Shown one piece after another: positions 41,623 through 51,427 of a stretch of 64,000 nt of DNA. The stretch comes from Oscillospiraceae bacterium (lineage in GTDB: Bacteria > Bacillota > Clostridia > Oscillospirales > Oscillospiraceae): assembly GCA_020025305.1 (NCBI GenBank), contig JAHHSG010000003.1, forward strand, positions 45,367-109,366, read 5' to 3'. The notes under the pieces were generated by a model. The model made no database searches. It saw only the letters and a list, made by a program, of their open reading frames with translations, and had not been told where the DNA came from. The position numbers and the translations under genes are program-made. Position 1 is the first letter of the stretch; every line of letters begins with the position of its first letter.

Positions 41623-42993
41623 TTACAGGATCTCTGCCAGATGGCGGGCCACATGGACACCGCTGGCGCTGGCATGGCTGAGGGAGTGGGTCACGCCGCT
41701 ACCGTCACCGATCACATAGAGCCCCTTGTGGCAAGTCTCCAGATTCTCATCCAGCTCCACCTCCATATTGTAGAACTTCACTTCCACACCGTAGAGGAGC
41801 GTATCATCATTGGCCGTACCGGGGGCGATCTTATCGAGGGCATAGATCATCTCAATGATGCCGTCCAGAATACGCTTGGGCATCACCAGACTCAGATCAC
41901 CGGGGGTTGCCGCCAAAGTAGGGGTCACAAAGCTCTCGGACAGTCGCTTGTCGGTGCTGCGCTGGCCACGAATCAGATCGCCGAAGCGCTGCACGATCAC
42001 GCCGCCGCCCAGCATATTGCTCAGGCGCGCAATACTCTCCCCGTAGCCGTTGCTGTCCTTGAAGGGTTCGGAGAAGTGCTTGGCCACCAAAAGGGCAAAA
42101 TTGGTGTTATCCGTATGGAGGGCAGGGTCTTCATAGCTGTGCCCGTTCACGGTGACGATGCCGTTGGTATTCTCGTTCACCACCACGCCGTGGGGATTCA
42201 TGCAGAACGTGCGGACACGATCCTGAAACTTGGCGGTGCGATAGACAATCTTGCTCTCATAGAGCTCGTCGGTGAGGTGGGCAAACACGGCATAGGGCAG
42301 CTCCACACGCACACCGATATCCACACGGTTGGAGTGGGTAGGGATCTCCAGATCCTGACATACTGTCTCCATCCACTTCGAGCCGCTGCGGCCCACGGAG
42401 ATAACGCAGTATGTACCGGTATACTCCGCCTTGTCGGTGGTGACGGTATAGCCCCCATCGGTGCGCTTGACCTTCCGCACGGGGGTATCAAAGAAGAAGT
42501 CCACCTTGTCCTTCAGGCGGTTATAGAGATTCTCCAGCACCACATAGTTGATGTCGGTACCAAGATGGCGCACAGAGGCGTCCAGCAGATGGAGGTCGTT
42601 TTCCAGACACAGCTTTTTGATGTGGGTATTGCCGGTGGAGTAGAGCTTGGTTCCCCTGCCGCCGCAGTCCATGTTAATCTCGTCCACATACTCCATCAGC
42701 TCCAGCGCCTTGTTTTTGCCGATGTAGTCGCACAGCGTACCGCCGAACTGGTTGGTGATGTTGTACTTGCCGTCGGAAAAAGCGCCTGCGCCGCCAAAGC
42801 CGTTCATAATGGCACAGGTGGGGCACTTGATGCAGGACTTAATCTTCTCACCGTCGATGGGACAGCGGCGGCGTGACAGCTCGTGGCCGGCCTCAAATAC
42901 AGCCACCCGAATCCCCGGCTTTTTCTCCATCAGCTCGTAGGCAGAATAGATACCACCGGGACCGGCGCCAATCAGCAATACGTCGTAATTCAT
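41623..42993 (-). CDS. FAD-dependent oxidoreductase with Cys cluster
   Basis: GAGPGG Rossmann motif, GGAGAFSDGK, CIKCPTC, YVIGDG. Confidence 0.88.
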   Translation of the reverse strand: MNYDVLLIGAGPGGIYSAYELMEKKPGIRVAVFEAGHELSRRRCPIDGEKIKSCIKCPTCAIMNGFGGAGAFSDGKYNITNQFGGTLCDYIGKNKALELMEYVDEINMDCGGRGTKLYSTGNTHIKKLCLENDLHLLDASVRHLGTDINYVVLENLYNRLKDKVDFFFDTPVRKVKRTDGGYTVTTDKAEYTGTYCVISVGRSGSKWMETVCQDLEIPTHSNRVDIGVRVELPYAVFAHLTDELYESKIVYRTAKFQDRVRTFCMNPHGVVVNENTNGIVTVNGHSYEDPALHTDNTNFALLVAKHFSEPFKDSNGYGESIARLSNMLGGGVIVQRFGDLIRGQRSTDKRLSESFVTPTLAATPGDLSLVMPKRILDGIIEMIYALDKIAPGTANDDTLLYGVEVKFYNMEVELDENLETCHKGLYVIGDGSGVTHSLSHASASGVHVARHLAEIL

Positions 42994-43169
42994 AGGATAT
43001 TCTCCTTTTTCCCATAGTAATACATACTGTATTATACGCCAAAATTACCAAAAAGCAAGTCTCTCCCTTGTCTCTTTCCCCTGAGCTTCCTGCCGCATCC
43101 GCTCTTGTACACCGGCCTTATATATGATATATTTATGAAAAATACCATGCCAATAGGAGGAACACCGCC

Positions 43170-44000
43170 ATGAGCCGTGCCGACGAAATATTTAAAGAAA
43201 ACTGCCGTGAAATTCTGACCCATGGTGTATGGGACACCGATCAGTCCGTACGCCCCCACTGGGATGACGGGACACCGGCCCACACGGTGAAGAAATTTGG
43301 TATCGTCAATCGTTACAATTTGCAGGAGGAATTTCCCATCCTCACCATCCGCCGCACCTACTTTAAGACCTGCATCGATGAGCTCTTGTGGATCTGGCAG
43401 CAAAAGTCCAACAACATCCACGACCTGCGGGGTCATATCTGGGACAGCTGGGCCGACGAAAACGGCTCCATCGGCAAGTCCTACGGCTATCAGCTGGCGG
43501 TCAAGCATCACTATCCCGAGGGGGATATGGATCAGGTGGACCGCGTGCTCTATGATTTGAAGCACAATCCCGCCTCCCGCCGTATTCTTACCAACATCTA
43601 TAACTTTGAGGATCTCCACGAGATGGCGCTCTATCCCTGCGCCTACTCCATGACCTTTAACGTCTCCGGCAACACCTTGAACGCTATTCTCAACCAGCGC
43701 AGTCAGGACATGCTGGCCGCCAACAACTGGAATGTGGTGCAGTACGCCGTGCTGGTACACATGATGGCGCAGGTCAGCGGTCTTGTTCCGGGTGAGCTGG
43801 TGCACGTCATCGCCGATGCGCACATCTATGACCGCCATGTACCCGTCATTGAAAAGCTGCTGGAACAGGAGAGTCGTCCGGCCCCCGTCTTTTCCATCGA
43901 CAAATCAGTACAGGATTTCTACCAATTCACACGGGACAGCTTCCAGCTGGAGGGCTATGACCCCCAGCCCTTTGAGGACAAGATCCCGGTGGCGATTTAA
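43170..44000 (+). CDS. thyA: Thymidylate synthase
   Basis: ELLWIW, SRRI, ALYPC, QRSQD, HIYDRH. Confidence 0.95.
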   Translation: MSRADEIFKENCREILTHGVWDTDQSVRPHWDDGTPAHTVKKFGIVNRYNLQEEFPILTIRRTYFKTCIDELLWIWQQKSNNIHDLRGHIWDSWADENGSIGKSYGYQLAVKHHYPEGDMDQVDRVLYDLKHNPASRRILTNIYNFEDLHEMALYPCAYSMTFNVSGNTLNAILNQRSQDMLAANNWNVVQYAVLVHMMAQVSGLVPGELVHVIADAHIYDRHVPVIEKLLEQESRPAPVFSIDKSVQDFYQFTRDSFQLEGYDPQPFEDKIPVAI

Positions 44001-44012
44001 GGAGGACGCACT

Positions 44013-44489
44013 ATGCAGGCAATTGTAGCCGTTGATCAAAACTGGGGCATCGGCTGTGAGGGGGAGCTTCTTTTCCATCTGAAAGCCGACTTGCAGCGTT
44101 TCCGCGCTCTTACCTCAGGACATACCGTCATTATGGGGCGCAAAACCCTGCTCTCCCTTCCCGGCAGCCGTCCCCTTCCCAAGCGGCGCAACATTGTGCT
44201 CTCGCAGAACACCAACTTTGCCCCGGAGGGGGTGGAGATGGTACGCAGTGTCCAGCAAGCCGTGGAAGCCGCAGAGAAAGACGCTTTCTGCATCGGCGGC
44301 GGCAGCATCTACCGCCAGCTGCTGCCATGGTGCCAGCGGGTCTATGTGACCAAGATTTATGCCGATGCGCCGGCGGATACTTTCTTCCCCGATCTGGATG
44401 CCGACCCGCACTGGAAGGTGGCGGAAACAAGCGAAATTTGGGAGGAAGGCGGCGTACGCTTTCAATACATAGATTATGTGAGAGTTTGA
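44013..44489 (+). CDS. folA: Dihydrofolate reductase
   Basis: IMGRKT, LPKRRNIVLS, IGGGSIY, DTFFP. Confidence 0.95.
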   Translation: MQAIVAVDQNWGIGCEGELLFHLKADLQRFRALTSGHTVIMGRKTLLSLPGSRPLPKRRNIVLSQNTNFAPEGVEMVRSVQQAVEAAEKDAFCIGGGSIYRQLLPWCQRVYVTKIYADAPADTFFPDLDADPHWKVAETSEIWEEGGVRFQYIDYVRV

Positions 44490-44747
44490 TTTTCGGACAC
44501 GCAGGGGTATGGGACATATCCACACAAAGATCACTCCTTCCTACGTCCCCTCCCCCCAAATGCTGACAGCACAGCTGGCAAAGACTGATCCACGGAGAGT
44601 GAACTGGGAAAGGGGCTGACTCCGGCTTGCTAGCAGCCCCGGACCTTCTGATGACGGGCATGTATGCGTGTATGGCAAACCATGGAGGTTTCTGGAAAAA
44701 GGAACACTCCCGTAACTCTCAGCAAGCGACAGAGGAGGACATTTCTC

Positions 44748-46802
44748 ATGGCCGATTTACAGACCGATATTCGCTATATCAAGGGCATTGGTGAGACACG
44801 GGCCAACTCTTTTGCCAAGCTGGGCATTACCACACTGCAAGATCTCCTCTCCTACTTTCCCCGTGGCTATGAGGATCGCACACTGACCCGTCCTATCAAG
44901 GATCTTATGCCGGGCGAAAACGCCTGCGTAAAGGCCATGGTGGCCGCCGATCCCACGGTCCACCGTATTCGAGGCGGCAAAATGCTGGTACGCGCCCGGG
45001 CGGTGGATCGCAGCGGTTCTCTGGATCTGGTCTTTTTCAATCAGGAATACAGAAAAAACTCCCTTCATTGCGGAGAAACTTACATTTTTTACGGCAAAGT
45101 GGAGGGAAATCTTCTGCGCCGCCAAATGGTAAATCCCCTCATCGAGCAAGAGGGACACCAGCAGATTACCGGCCGCATCATGCCCCTCTACCATCTCACC
45201 GCCGGTGTCAGCCAGCTGCTTCTCTCCCGCGCCGTACAGCAAGGTTTGACTGCGTGCAGCGATCTATTGGAGGATGTATTGCCTGACGAAGTGCGGCAGC
45301 AGCATCACCTGTGTTATATCAACTACGCTTTTGAAAATATCCATTTTCCTGCCTCCCCGGAGGCGCTGGAGACAGCGCGGCGGCGATTGGTCTTTGAAGA
45401 GTTGTTCCTGTTGACCTGCGGACTGCAGCGGCTGCGGCAGCGGCGGCAGGACGTGCATGGCCCCGTCTGTCAAGCGATAGACATGGCGCCTTTTTATGAG
45501 AGGCTGTCTTTCCCCCTAACAGGCGCGCAGCAGCGGGCCATTCATGATGCCTTGGGCGATATGTGCCATGACCGGCCCATGAATCGTCTTTGTCAGGGGG
45601 ATGTTGGCAGCGGCAAAACCATGGTGGCGGCGGCCTGTGTTTGGTTCGCTGCCCAAAACGGCTATCAGAGTGCCCTCATGGCTCCCACGGAAATTTTAGC
45701 ACGGCAGCACTATCAAGGTCTCTCTCCCCTGTTTGCCAAGTTCGGTCTGCAATGTGCCCTTCTTACCGGCTCTACCCGAGCCAAGGAGCGGCGGGAGATC
45801 TTAGCAGGTCTTGCCGATGGCTCCATTGCTTTTTGCATCGGCACCCATGCTCTTTTGACAGAAGATGTCCACTATGCCCGCTTGGGACTTGTGATCACCG
45901 ATGAACAGCATCGCTTCGGCGTTGATCAGCGTGCGGCACTGGGGCATAAGGGGGTTCACCCCCATGTGCTGGTGCTCTCCGCCACGCCCATTCCCCGGAC
46001 GCTGGCGCTCATTATCTACGGCGATCTGGATGTATCTGTGATGGATGAGCTGCCCCCCGGCCGACAGAAGGTGTCCACCTTTGCCGTGGATGAGAGTTAT
46101 CGTCTGCGGGTCAACAACTTCATTCGCAAGCAAGTGGCATCCGGCCGCCAAATATTCATCGTCTGTCCGCTGGTGGGCGACGGCGAGGAGGTTCCAGATG
46201 AGCGCAAGGCTGTGACCGCCTACGCCCGCAAACTGCAGGAGGAGATATTCCCCGATCTGCGGGTATCCCTGCTCCACGGCAAGATGAAGCCCAAGGAGAA
46301 AGATGCGGTAATGACCGCCTTTGTGAATCGAGAGAGCGATATTCTGGTCTCTACCACCGTCATTGAGGTGGGCGTAGATGTCCCCAACGCGAACACCATG
46401 GTGGTGGAAAACGCGGAGCGCTTCGGACTCAGCCAGCTGCACCAGCTGCGTGGGCGCGTGGGGCGGGGCAGTGCCAAGTCCTATTGCATTCTCTTCAGCG
46501 ATCATCCCGGAGAGGAAACACGGCGGCGGCTGCAAGTCTTGGTAAAAACCAATGACGGCTTCAAGATTTCTGAGGAAGATCTTCGGCTGCGCGGCCCCGG
46601 TGATTTCTTCGGCCATCGCCAACACGGCCTGCCCGCCATGAAAGTAGCGGATCTCAGCTGTGATATGCGCCTTCTGGATGAAGCCCAGACGGCAGCCAAA
46701 CAGCTGCTGGCAGAGGACCCGGAACTGCGTGCACCGGGGCATCAGCCCTTGCGGCGCAAAATCAATGCGCTTTTCACTCAGCACGAGGAGTCCCTCAACT
46801 AA
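44748..46802 (+). CDS. recG: ATP-dependent DNA helicase RecG
   Basis: GDVGSGKT, DEQHRFG, SATPIPRT, HQLRGRVGRG; start after GAGGAGG. Confidence 0.97.
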   Translation: MADLQTDIRYIKGIGETRANSFAKLGITTLQDLLSYFPRGYEDRTLTRPIKDLMPGENACVKAMVAADPTVHRIRGGKMLVRARAVDRSGSLDLVFFNQEYRKNSLHCGETYIFYGKVEGNLLRRQMVNPLIEQEGHQQITGRIMPLYHLTAGVSQLLLSRAVQQGLTACSDLLEDVLPDEVRQQHHLCYINYAFENIHFPASPEALETARRRLVFEELFLLTCGLQRLRQRRQDVHGPVCQAIDMAPFYERLSFPLTGAQQRAIHDALGDMCHDRPMNRLCQGDVGSGKTMVAAACVWFAAQNGYQSALMAPTEILARQHYQGLSPLFAKFGLQCALLTGSTRAKERREILAGLADGSIAFCIGTHALLTEDVHYARLGLVITDEQHRFGVDQRAALGHKGVHPHVLVLSATPIPRTLALIIYGDLDVSVMDELPPGRQKVSTFAVDESYRLRVNNFIRKQVASGRQIFIVCPLVGDGEEVPDERKAVTAYARKLQEEIFPDLRVSLLHGKMKPKEKDAVMTAFVNRESDILVSTTVIEVGVDVPNANTMVVENAERFGLSQLHQLRGRVGRGSAKSYCILFSDHPGEETRRRLQVLVKTNDGFKISEEDLRLRGPGDFFGHRQHGLPAMKVADLSCDMRLLDEAQTAAKQLLAEDPELRAPGHQPLRRKINALFTQHEESLN

Positions 46803-46806
46803 ATAA

Positions 46807-46846
46807 AAAAGGTTCCTGTCTGCTATTGGTCAGACAGGAACCTTTT
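46807..46846. terminator. Bidirectional terminator
   Basis: 16-bp stem aaaaggttcctgtctg/cagacaggaacctttt. Confidence 0.8.
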
Positions 46847-46853
46847 CTCTTGT

Positions 46854-47864
46854 TTATGCAGCCTCTTTTTCCGTTTCCCCTTCCTCTACGTCGAGAGGAA
46901 CATCAGGTTCCGGTGTCCCTTCCTGAGCTACGGGCGGCACAGGCGCTGGTGCCGCTTCCTGATTCACAGGCGGCATAGGTGCTGGTGCCAGTTCCTGATT
47001 CACAGGCGGCACAGGTTCTGGTGCAATTGGTCCAATTGGTCCGGAATCAAGCTCCGGTTCGGCCAGCCACGGATTATTTTCGTCGGGATCGGTAGGATCC
47101 CAGCCGGGATAGGTGCTATCGCCAATCTTAGGGGCAGAGGGCTTGCCCAACGGGCCGGGATCGGGGCTGTTGTAGATCTCTACGGCCTCAATTTCCCACA
47201 GATGGTCGTAGATCCACTTGGCATCTTTCACCTGCAAACGAATGCATCCGTGGGAGGCAGCCTGTCCCAGCTTGTCAAATTCGCCGGGCTGCAAACTGCC
47301 GTGGTCATACCACTCCAAATAAGGGACAGAGTGGAAGAGATAATCCCCGTCAATCTGCGTGGAGTACATCCCCTTCACGCCGTCGACCAGTCCCAGCCAT
47401 TTCCAACGGTTGCCCGTCAGCTCATATTTCCCCAGCGGGGTACTGCCGTCCAGACCACTGGAGCACACCATGGCAATATATGGCACTGTATGTTCCCCGT
47501 TCTCATCCAATGTATAGACAGTTACCGTGTTCATCTCGCAATTCACCTTCACATAGTAAGGCGCCGGTGTCGGCTCCGGTTCCGGCTCAGGTGCTGGTGC
47601 TGGTGTCGGCTCCGGTTCAGGCTCCGGCTTTTGTGTAGGGGCAGGCTCTGTCCACGGCTCCGGCTCCGGTTCCGGAGCGGGTTCCGGCTCCGGTTCTGGC
47701 TTTGGCAGAGGTTTCTCTGCAGGCTTGGCATGCTGTCCCACCGGCAACTCCGGTGTCACATCTTTCTCTTTTTCTGCGGGTGTGGACATCTTCGGTCCAC
47801 AGCTGCACAACAATGCCATGGCCAAAAGCATGCCAATCAGTTTCTTGGTCTGTTTTTTTCTCAT
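46854..47864 (-). CDS. L,D-transpeptidase (YkuD domain) lipoprotein with Pro-rich linkers
   Basis: Lipobox LCSC, FHSVPY...SHGCIRL catalytic motif. Confidence 0.9.
   Translation of the reverse strand: MRKKQTKKLIGMLLAMALLCSCGPKMSTPAEKEKDVTPELPVGQHAKPAEKPLPKPEPEPEPAPEPEPEPWTEPAPTQKPEPEPEPTPAPAPEPEPEPTPAPYYVKVNCEMNTVTVYTLDENGEHTVPYIAMVCSSGLDGSTPLGKYELTGNRWKWLGLVDGVKGMYSTQIDGDYLFHSVPYLEWYDHGSLQPGEFDKLGQAASHGCIRLQVKDAKWIYDHLWEIEAVEIYNSPDPGPLGKPSAPKIGDSTYPGWDPTDPDENNPWLAEPELDSGPIGPIAPEPVPPVNQELAPAPMPPVNQEAAPAPVPPVAQEGTPEPDVPLDVEEGETEKEAA
46920..47024 (-). repeat. 36-bp in-frame tandem repeat, about 3 copies of AP(E/A)P(V/M)PPV(N/A)QE
   Basis: ttcctgattcacaggcggca repeated at a 36-bp period. Confidence 0.75.
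47560..47705 (-). repeat. Pro-Glu low-complexity coding repeat
   Basis: Repeated ctccgg/ttccgg units encoding PEPEPEP. Confidence 0.8.
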
Positions 47865-48017
47865 ACTTTTTCCCTATAACGCACGTTTTTCCTATATATC
47901 TCCATGTATTTCCCATTATACATGCCTTTTCGCCCTGATGCAACAGTTCTTTCCCTTGCCCCGGGACACAGTGCATGTTATACTGTCATCATATGTTTTG
48001 TGATGAGGAGGGCCGCT

Positions 48018-49850
48018 ATGACACGGGAGGAACTGCGGGAAAAGGCCAATGATCTGCCGTTGGTACCCGGTGTGTATCTGATGATGGACAAGACCGGCAA
48101 AGTCATTTACGTCGGCAAGGCCAAGAAACTGAAAAACCGGGTCAGCCAGTATTTTCAAAGCGGCGCGGGCCACAACGCTAAGACGCGGGCCATGGTGGCA
48201 CAGGTGGATCATTTCGACACCATCTTCGTTTCCTCCGAATTTGAGGCACTGATCTTGGAAAACTCCCTCATCAAGCGTCATATGCCCCGTTATAACATTC
48301 TTTTAAAGGACGACAAAGGCTATCCCTTTGTCCGACTGGACAGCAAGTCCTCCTATCCCCGTTTCACGCTTGTCAACCGTGCCGCCGACGACGGTGCCAA
48401 GTATTTCGGGCCCTTTGGCGGTCGGTACGAAACACGGCAGGCCATTGATGCCGTGTGTGCCGCCCTATGTTTGCCCACCTGTTCCCGCCGCTTTCCACGG
48501 GATATCGGCAAGGAGCGCCCCTGTCTCAACCACCACATCGGGCGCTGTGACGGCTTCTGCATGGAAAACGGCCCCGGTCAGGAGGAATACCGCCACCGCA
48601 TCGAGCAGGCAGAGCGCCTTTTCTCCGGCAAGCTGCAGCAGCTCACCGGAGAACTGCAACAGGAGATGGAGGCCGCCGCCGAGGCACTGGCCTTTGAAAA
48701 GGCCGCCGCCCTCCGGGATCGCATCCGGGCGCTGTCCGTATTGGGCAAACAGCAGCAGGTCATCGCCGGTGTGTGCGCCGACACAGACGTGTGGGGCATC
48801 TTCCCCGGCGAAGTACGCTGCGGCTGTGCCGTGCTGCACATTCAGGGCGGCGACCTCTTGGGCCGGGAGGTGAAGGTATTCTCCGCCGCCGCAGAAGAGA
48901 ACGAGTCCTCCATCCTCGCCTCCGTCCTTAGTCAGTACTATCTCGATCGGGGCGTGCTTCCCTCGGAAATTTTGCTGCCCTGCCCTCTGGAGGAACAGGA
49001 CATCTTTGCCGCCCTGCTGACAGAGCAGGCCGGTCACCGGGTCACGGTGCGTGTTCCCCAGCGTGGCGAGCGTCACGATCTTCTCTTGATGGCACAGCGC
49101 AACGCCAAAGAAGAGGTGGAGCGCATGACCTCTGAAGCTGAACGCACCAGCAAAACACTGGAACTTCTTGGCCATCTGGCAGGTCTGCCCCAACCGCCTC
49201 GTCGGCTGGAGGCCTATGACATTTCCAACACCGGCAGCTCTGATATGGTGGCCTCCATGGTCGTATTTCAGGATGGGAGACCTCTCAAGCGGGACTATCG
49301 CCGTTTCCAGATCAAGACGCTGGAACATCCCGATGACTACGCCGCCATGCAGGAAGTCCTGACACGCCGTTTCCGCCGCTATTTAGACAATGACGATAAA
49401 TTTAATACAGCCCCTGATCTCCTGCTCATTGACGGCGGCATGACCCATGCGCGTGCTGTGGAAGCGGCGCTGGCAGCGTTAGGGCTTTCCCTGCCCGTTT
49501 TGGGCATGGTGAAGGATGACCGCCACCGCACCCGTGCGCTGATGACCTCGGAGGGGCAGGAACTGGGCATCCAACAATGCCCGCCGCTTTTTGCTCTCAT
49601 TGGCCAAATTCAGGAGGAGGTGCACCGCTTCGCCATCACCTATCACCGGGAAAAGCACCGCCGCAGTGCCTTTTCCTCTCAGTTAGATCACATTCCCGGC
49701 GTGGGCGATGCACGCAAGAAGGCGCTGATGCGGCACTTTAAGACGGTACGAGCCATCTCCTCCGCCTCGTTGGAGGAGTTGCAGCTGGCTGTGCCGCCCA
49801 AGGCTGCGCAAGCGGTCTATGATCATTTCCACAAGGAGGAGACCACGTGA
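48018..49850 (+). CDS. uvrC: Excinuclease ABC subunit C
   Basis: PGVYLM, YVGKAKKLKNRV, EAYDIS, LIDGG, HhH IPGVG. Confidence 0.96.
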   Translation: MTREELREKANDLPLVPGVYLMMDKTGKVIYVGKAKKLKNRVSQYFQSGAGHNAKTRAMVAQVDHFDTIFVSSEFEALILENSLIKRHMPRYNILLKDDKGYPFVRLDSKSSYPRFTLVNRAADDGAKYFGPFGGRYETRQAIDAVCAALCLPTCSRRFPRDIGKERPCLNHHIGRCDGFCMENGPGQEEYRHRIEQAERLFSGKLQQLTGELQQEMEAAAEALAFEKAAALRDRIRALSVLGKQQQVIAGVCADTDVWGIFPGEVRCGCAVLHIQGGDLLGREVKVFSAAAEENESSILASVLSQYYLDRGVLPSEILLPCPLEEQDIFAALLTEQAGHRVTVRVPQRGERHDLLLMAQRNAKEEVERMTSEAERTSKTLELLGHLAGLPQPPRRLEAYDISNTGSSDMVASMVVFQDGRPLKRDYRRFQIKTLEHPDDYAAMQEVLTRRFRRYLDNDDKFNTAPDLLLIDGGMTHARAVEAALAALGLSLPVLGMVKDDRHRTRALMTSEGQELGIQQCPPLFALIGQIQEEVHRFAITYHREKHRRSAFSSQLDHIPGVGDARKKALMRHFKTVRAISSASLEELQLAVPPKAAQAVYDHFHKEETT

Positions 49851-50830
49851 TAAAAACTTATGTAACCCTGGGGCCTGCCTGTTGTGATGAGGCCACTCTT
49901 GCCGCCATGCTGCGCATGGGCATCACCGGCTTTCGTTTAAACCTGTCCCACCGTTCCCTTCCGGAATGCCAGCCATGGACAGATGCTCTGCAGCGTGCCG
50001 CCGCATCGGCGGGCATTCCTCCGGAGCTGATTCTTGATCTGCGCGGACCGGAAATACGTCTGCCCCTCCTCCCCCATCCCATACAACTGCAAGACGGTGA
50101 TTATTTTCTCTTCGGTGCAGGCGGCGTGGCTCTGGACGAGGATGTTCTGGCCGTCTTAGCGCCGGGACAGGAAATTCTTGTGGATGACGGCGCTGTGGTA
50201 TTGACGGTACAAGACAGAGACGAGCACTCCGTCCGCTGCCGCTGCCCCCAAGGCGGCCTGATTGAGAGCCGCAAAAGTCTGACCCTGCCCGGTGTACAGC
50301 TGCAGCGCAGCGCCGTATCCCCCGCTGATGCGGCCGATCTGGCGGTGGCAGCGCACTACGGCGTTACGGCGGTGATGCAGCCCTTTGTCCGCAGTCGCCG
50401 TGATCTTTTGCAGCTGCGACAGACGCTGGCAGAGCAGGGGCTTGCCCATCTCCATATCTTTGCCAAGGTAGAGGATGCACAGGGCATAGAAACGCTGGAG
50501 ACATGGATGGATTTGTGCGATGTAGTAACGGTAGCCCGTGGCGATCTGGGCAGCAATCTCCCCTTATGGGAGCTGCCCCGCGCGCAAAAGCGAATTGCCG
50601 CCGCGTGCAGAGCGGCTCACCACGATTTTCTGGTGGTGACCCACTTACTCCAGAGCATGATTCACAGCCCTGTCCCCACACGGGCAGAGGTCACGGATAT
50701 CTACAATGCCTGTCTCGATGGTGCAAGTGCCCTGATGCTCACCGGAGAAACGGCGCTTGGTGCATATTCCATGGCCGCCGCAGAAATGCTCCTGCGGGTA
50801 GCAAAATGCGGAGAGCAAGACCGGTCATAA
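49847..50830 (+). CDS. pyk: Pyruvate kinase-like protein lacking the C-terminal regulatory domain
   Basis: TLGPA, RLNLSH, DLRGPEIR, AKVE, VARGDLG, PTRAEVTD, MLTGETA; only 327 aa. Confidence 0.8.
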   Translation: MIKTYVTLGPACCDEATLAAMLRMGITGFRLNLSHRSLPECQPWTDALQRAAASAGIPPELILDLRGPEIRLPLLPHPIQLQDGDYFLFGAGGVALDEDVLAVLAPGQEILVDDGAVVLTVQDRDEHSVRCRCPQGGLIESRKSLTLPGVQLQRSAVSPADAADLAVAAHYGVTAVMQPFVRSRRDLLQLRQTLAEQGLAHLHIFAKVEDAQGIETLETWMDLCDVVTVARGDLGSNLPLWELPRAQKRIAAACRAAHHDFLVVTHLLQSMIHSPVPTRAEVTDIYNACLDGASALMLTGETALGAYSMAAAEMLLRVAKCGEQDRS

Positions 50831-50942
50831 AAAATAGGGAACGGATTTCTTTAAAAAATCCGTCCCTGCTTTCATATATGCCTTTGCCGCCCGTGATTCC
50901 GAACACCAGCATTTTGATCATGGCTTGCCACGAGTGATAAAA

Positions 50943-50968
50943 AATCCGACACCTGACGGTGTCGGATT
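50943..50968 (-). terminator. ptsH terminator
   Basis: aatccgacacc/ggtgtcggatt with T-run on the minus strand. Confidence 0.75.
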
Positions 50969-50985
50969 CATTTTATATGGTTGGA

Positions 50986-51249
50986 TTACTCGCCAAAGTT
51001 ATTCTCCACCAGCTCCACCAGAGCGGCGACAGCTTCCTTTTCATCGGAACCATCAGCGATCAGTGTGATCGTGGTGCCCTTCACAATACCGAGGGACAGA
51101 ACACCCAGCAAACTCTTGGCATTGACGCGGCGCTCCTCCTTCTCCACCCAGATACCACATTTGAACTCATTGGCCTTCTGAATAAAGTAGGTTGCGGGCC
51201 GGGCATGCAGACCGACCTCGTTCTTAACGGTAATTTCCTGAGTATACAT
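50986..51249 (-). CDS. ptsH: Phosphocarrier protein HPr
   Basis: GLHARPA (His15), NAKSLLGVL (Ser46). Confidence 0.93.
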   Translation of the reverse strand: MYTQEITVKNEVGLHARPATYFIQKANEFKCGIWVEKEERRVNAKSLLGVLSLGIVKGTTITLIADGSDEKEAVAALVELVENNFGE

Positions 51250-51427
51250 GAAACAAGCTCTCCTTCATACGCAGCATTTTTTGTGATAAAAGCGAAATCG
51301 TTAGGTAAAAAATTTCGATACTTCTATTATATCTAAATAGGAGAATAATGCAAGATTTATTCCTATAAAATTTTTAGAATGCGCCACATTCGCCAAAGAA
51401 ATTCAGCATTTTCCACAAATTTTCTAC

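Noticed and set aside
44560..44740. Glycine, ZTP, c-di-GMP or THF riboswitch, or hammerhead ribozyme, upstream of recG
   Set aside because: Only fragments match (CUCUCAG...GACAGAG, GGCAAAC, CUGAUGA); the required partner motifs and stems are absent.
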